A DNA stretch of 32,000 nt from Desulfoglaeba alkanexedens ALDC (GTDB lineage Bacteria > Desulfobacterota > Syntrophobacteria > Syntrophobacterales > DSM-9756): the NCBI RefSeq assembly GCF_005377625.1, contig NZ_CP040098.1, forward strand, positions 2,499,279 to 2,531,278, in the 5' to 3' direction. This document shows positions 31,656 to 32,000 of the stretch, piece by piece. Position numbers and translations under genes: made by a program. Under the pieces are notes generated by a model. The model saw nothing but the letters and a program-made list of their open reading frames with translations. It searched no databases and was not told the DNA's origin. Each line of letters begins with the position of its first letter. Within the stretch, counting starts at the first letter, position 1.

Positions 31656-32000
31656 TCACACCACCAGCACGGGTTCCCGAAGGATCGCTTCAATGGCCTT
31701 CTCGGCGGAAGCCGCGAGCCCGGGGTGAGTTTCCTTGAGGGATTCCACCTGGCGGAGGTGATCGGCGGTGCGGAGGACCACCATGGCCAGGTCCCCCTCG
31801 TCGATTCCGGAAAGATTTCGGACCGTATCCCAGTCTTCCCCCTTCGCCCAGTGGTACACTACCAGCACGGTCCAGAACGGGAGGGGAGGCGTCGTGAACC
31901 CTTCGTTTTGCAGCCGTTCGCGGAGTCGGTGCAGGACTTGAAGCAGCGTGAAGAAGGGTTTTGCGAGTTCGGGATACTTCCAGACAAGGGCGGACAGCTG
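31656..32000 (-). CDS. 3' (C-terminal) fragment of a Ski2/HelY-like DEAD/DEAH-box helicase; the gene continues beyond the window
   Basis: I translated the minus-strand frame by hand and it stays open from 31656 to the window edge: ...QLSALVWKYPELAKPFFTLLQVLHRLRERLQNEGFTTPPLPFWTVLVVYHWAKGEDWDTVRNLSGIDEGDLAMVVLRTADHLRQV...AIEAILREPVLVV. The W..G..W......IDEGDL.....R..D.LRQ pattern resembles the DSHCT-type C-terminal domain of Ski2-like helicases. Confidence 0.5.
   Translation of the reverse strand, partial: QLSALVWKYPELAKPFFTLLQVLHRLRERLQNEGFTTPPLPFWTVLVVYHWAKGEDWDTVRNLSGIDEGDLAMVVLRTADHLRQVESLKETHPGLAASAEKAIEAILREPVLVV

Noticed and set aside
31153-31659. 168-aa ORF and many 60-130-aa ORFs built from repeat DNA, e.g. 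6998..7396, 11153..11545, 18093..18521, 3889..4239 and 28357..28692
   Set aside because: Their translations are just the repeats read through (FPSSSLGTQ..., VPKLELGN..., LIAGKPAPTG...). The same peptide strings recur in different frames and strands at every repeat array.

Overview
GC-rich bacterial chromosomal segment. Its gene content suggests an anaerobic, sigma-54-rich, deltaproteobacterium-like organism; that is inference from gene content only, since I ran no database search. All calls rest on motif recognition in the supplied ORF translations and on reading the DNA directly.

Gene blocks, left to right:
(1) A minus-strand flagellar hook/motor block, fliK-flgD-flgE, then motA-fliL-fliM. 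Textbook sigma-54 promoters sit upstream of fliK and motA, and no motB lies next to motA.
(2) A thiolase plus an HMG-CoA-synthase-like/DUF35 fusion pair.
(3) A translationally coupled anaerobic cobalamin operon, cbiD-cbiET-cbiF-cbiG-cbiH.
(4) An HDOD signalling protein.
(5) A minus-strand cluster of NifB/NifX-like small domains, one Mrp/NBP35 ATPase and two MinD-type ATPases with ferredoxin inserts. It also has a Gly/Arg-repeat zinc-ribbon protein and a rubredoxin-like protein, and it surrounds a PAS/sigma-54 activator gene.
(6) DUF554 membrane protein, threonine-synthase-family enzyme, gamma-carbonic-anhydrase-like protein, an orphan hypothetical, an OFA-type MFS transporter, and the 3' end of a Ski2/HelY-like helicase.

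Most interesting observations:
(a) The NifX/Mrp/MinD-Fer4 cluster is split into two units. Each is preceded by a sigma-54 promoter and by the same 17-bp palindrome, GGGTGC-N5-GCACCC, at an almost identical distance upstream. This points to a self-contained regulon of unknown, probably metallocluster-related, function.
(b) The HMGCS-like domain appears to lack its nucleophilic cysteine.
(c) Nearly every intergenic region, including one inside the flagellar operon, is filled with at least three families of REP/MITE-like repeats. By my coordinates they total about 2.1 kb. They generate many spurious ORFs in the six-frame track.

I saw no rRNA, complete tRNA, CRISPR array, transposase or integrase.
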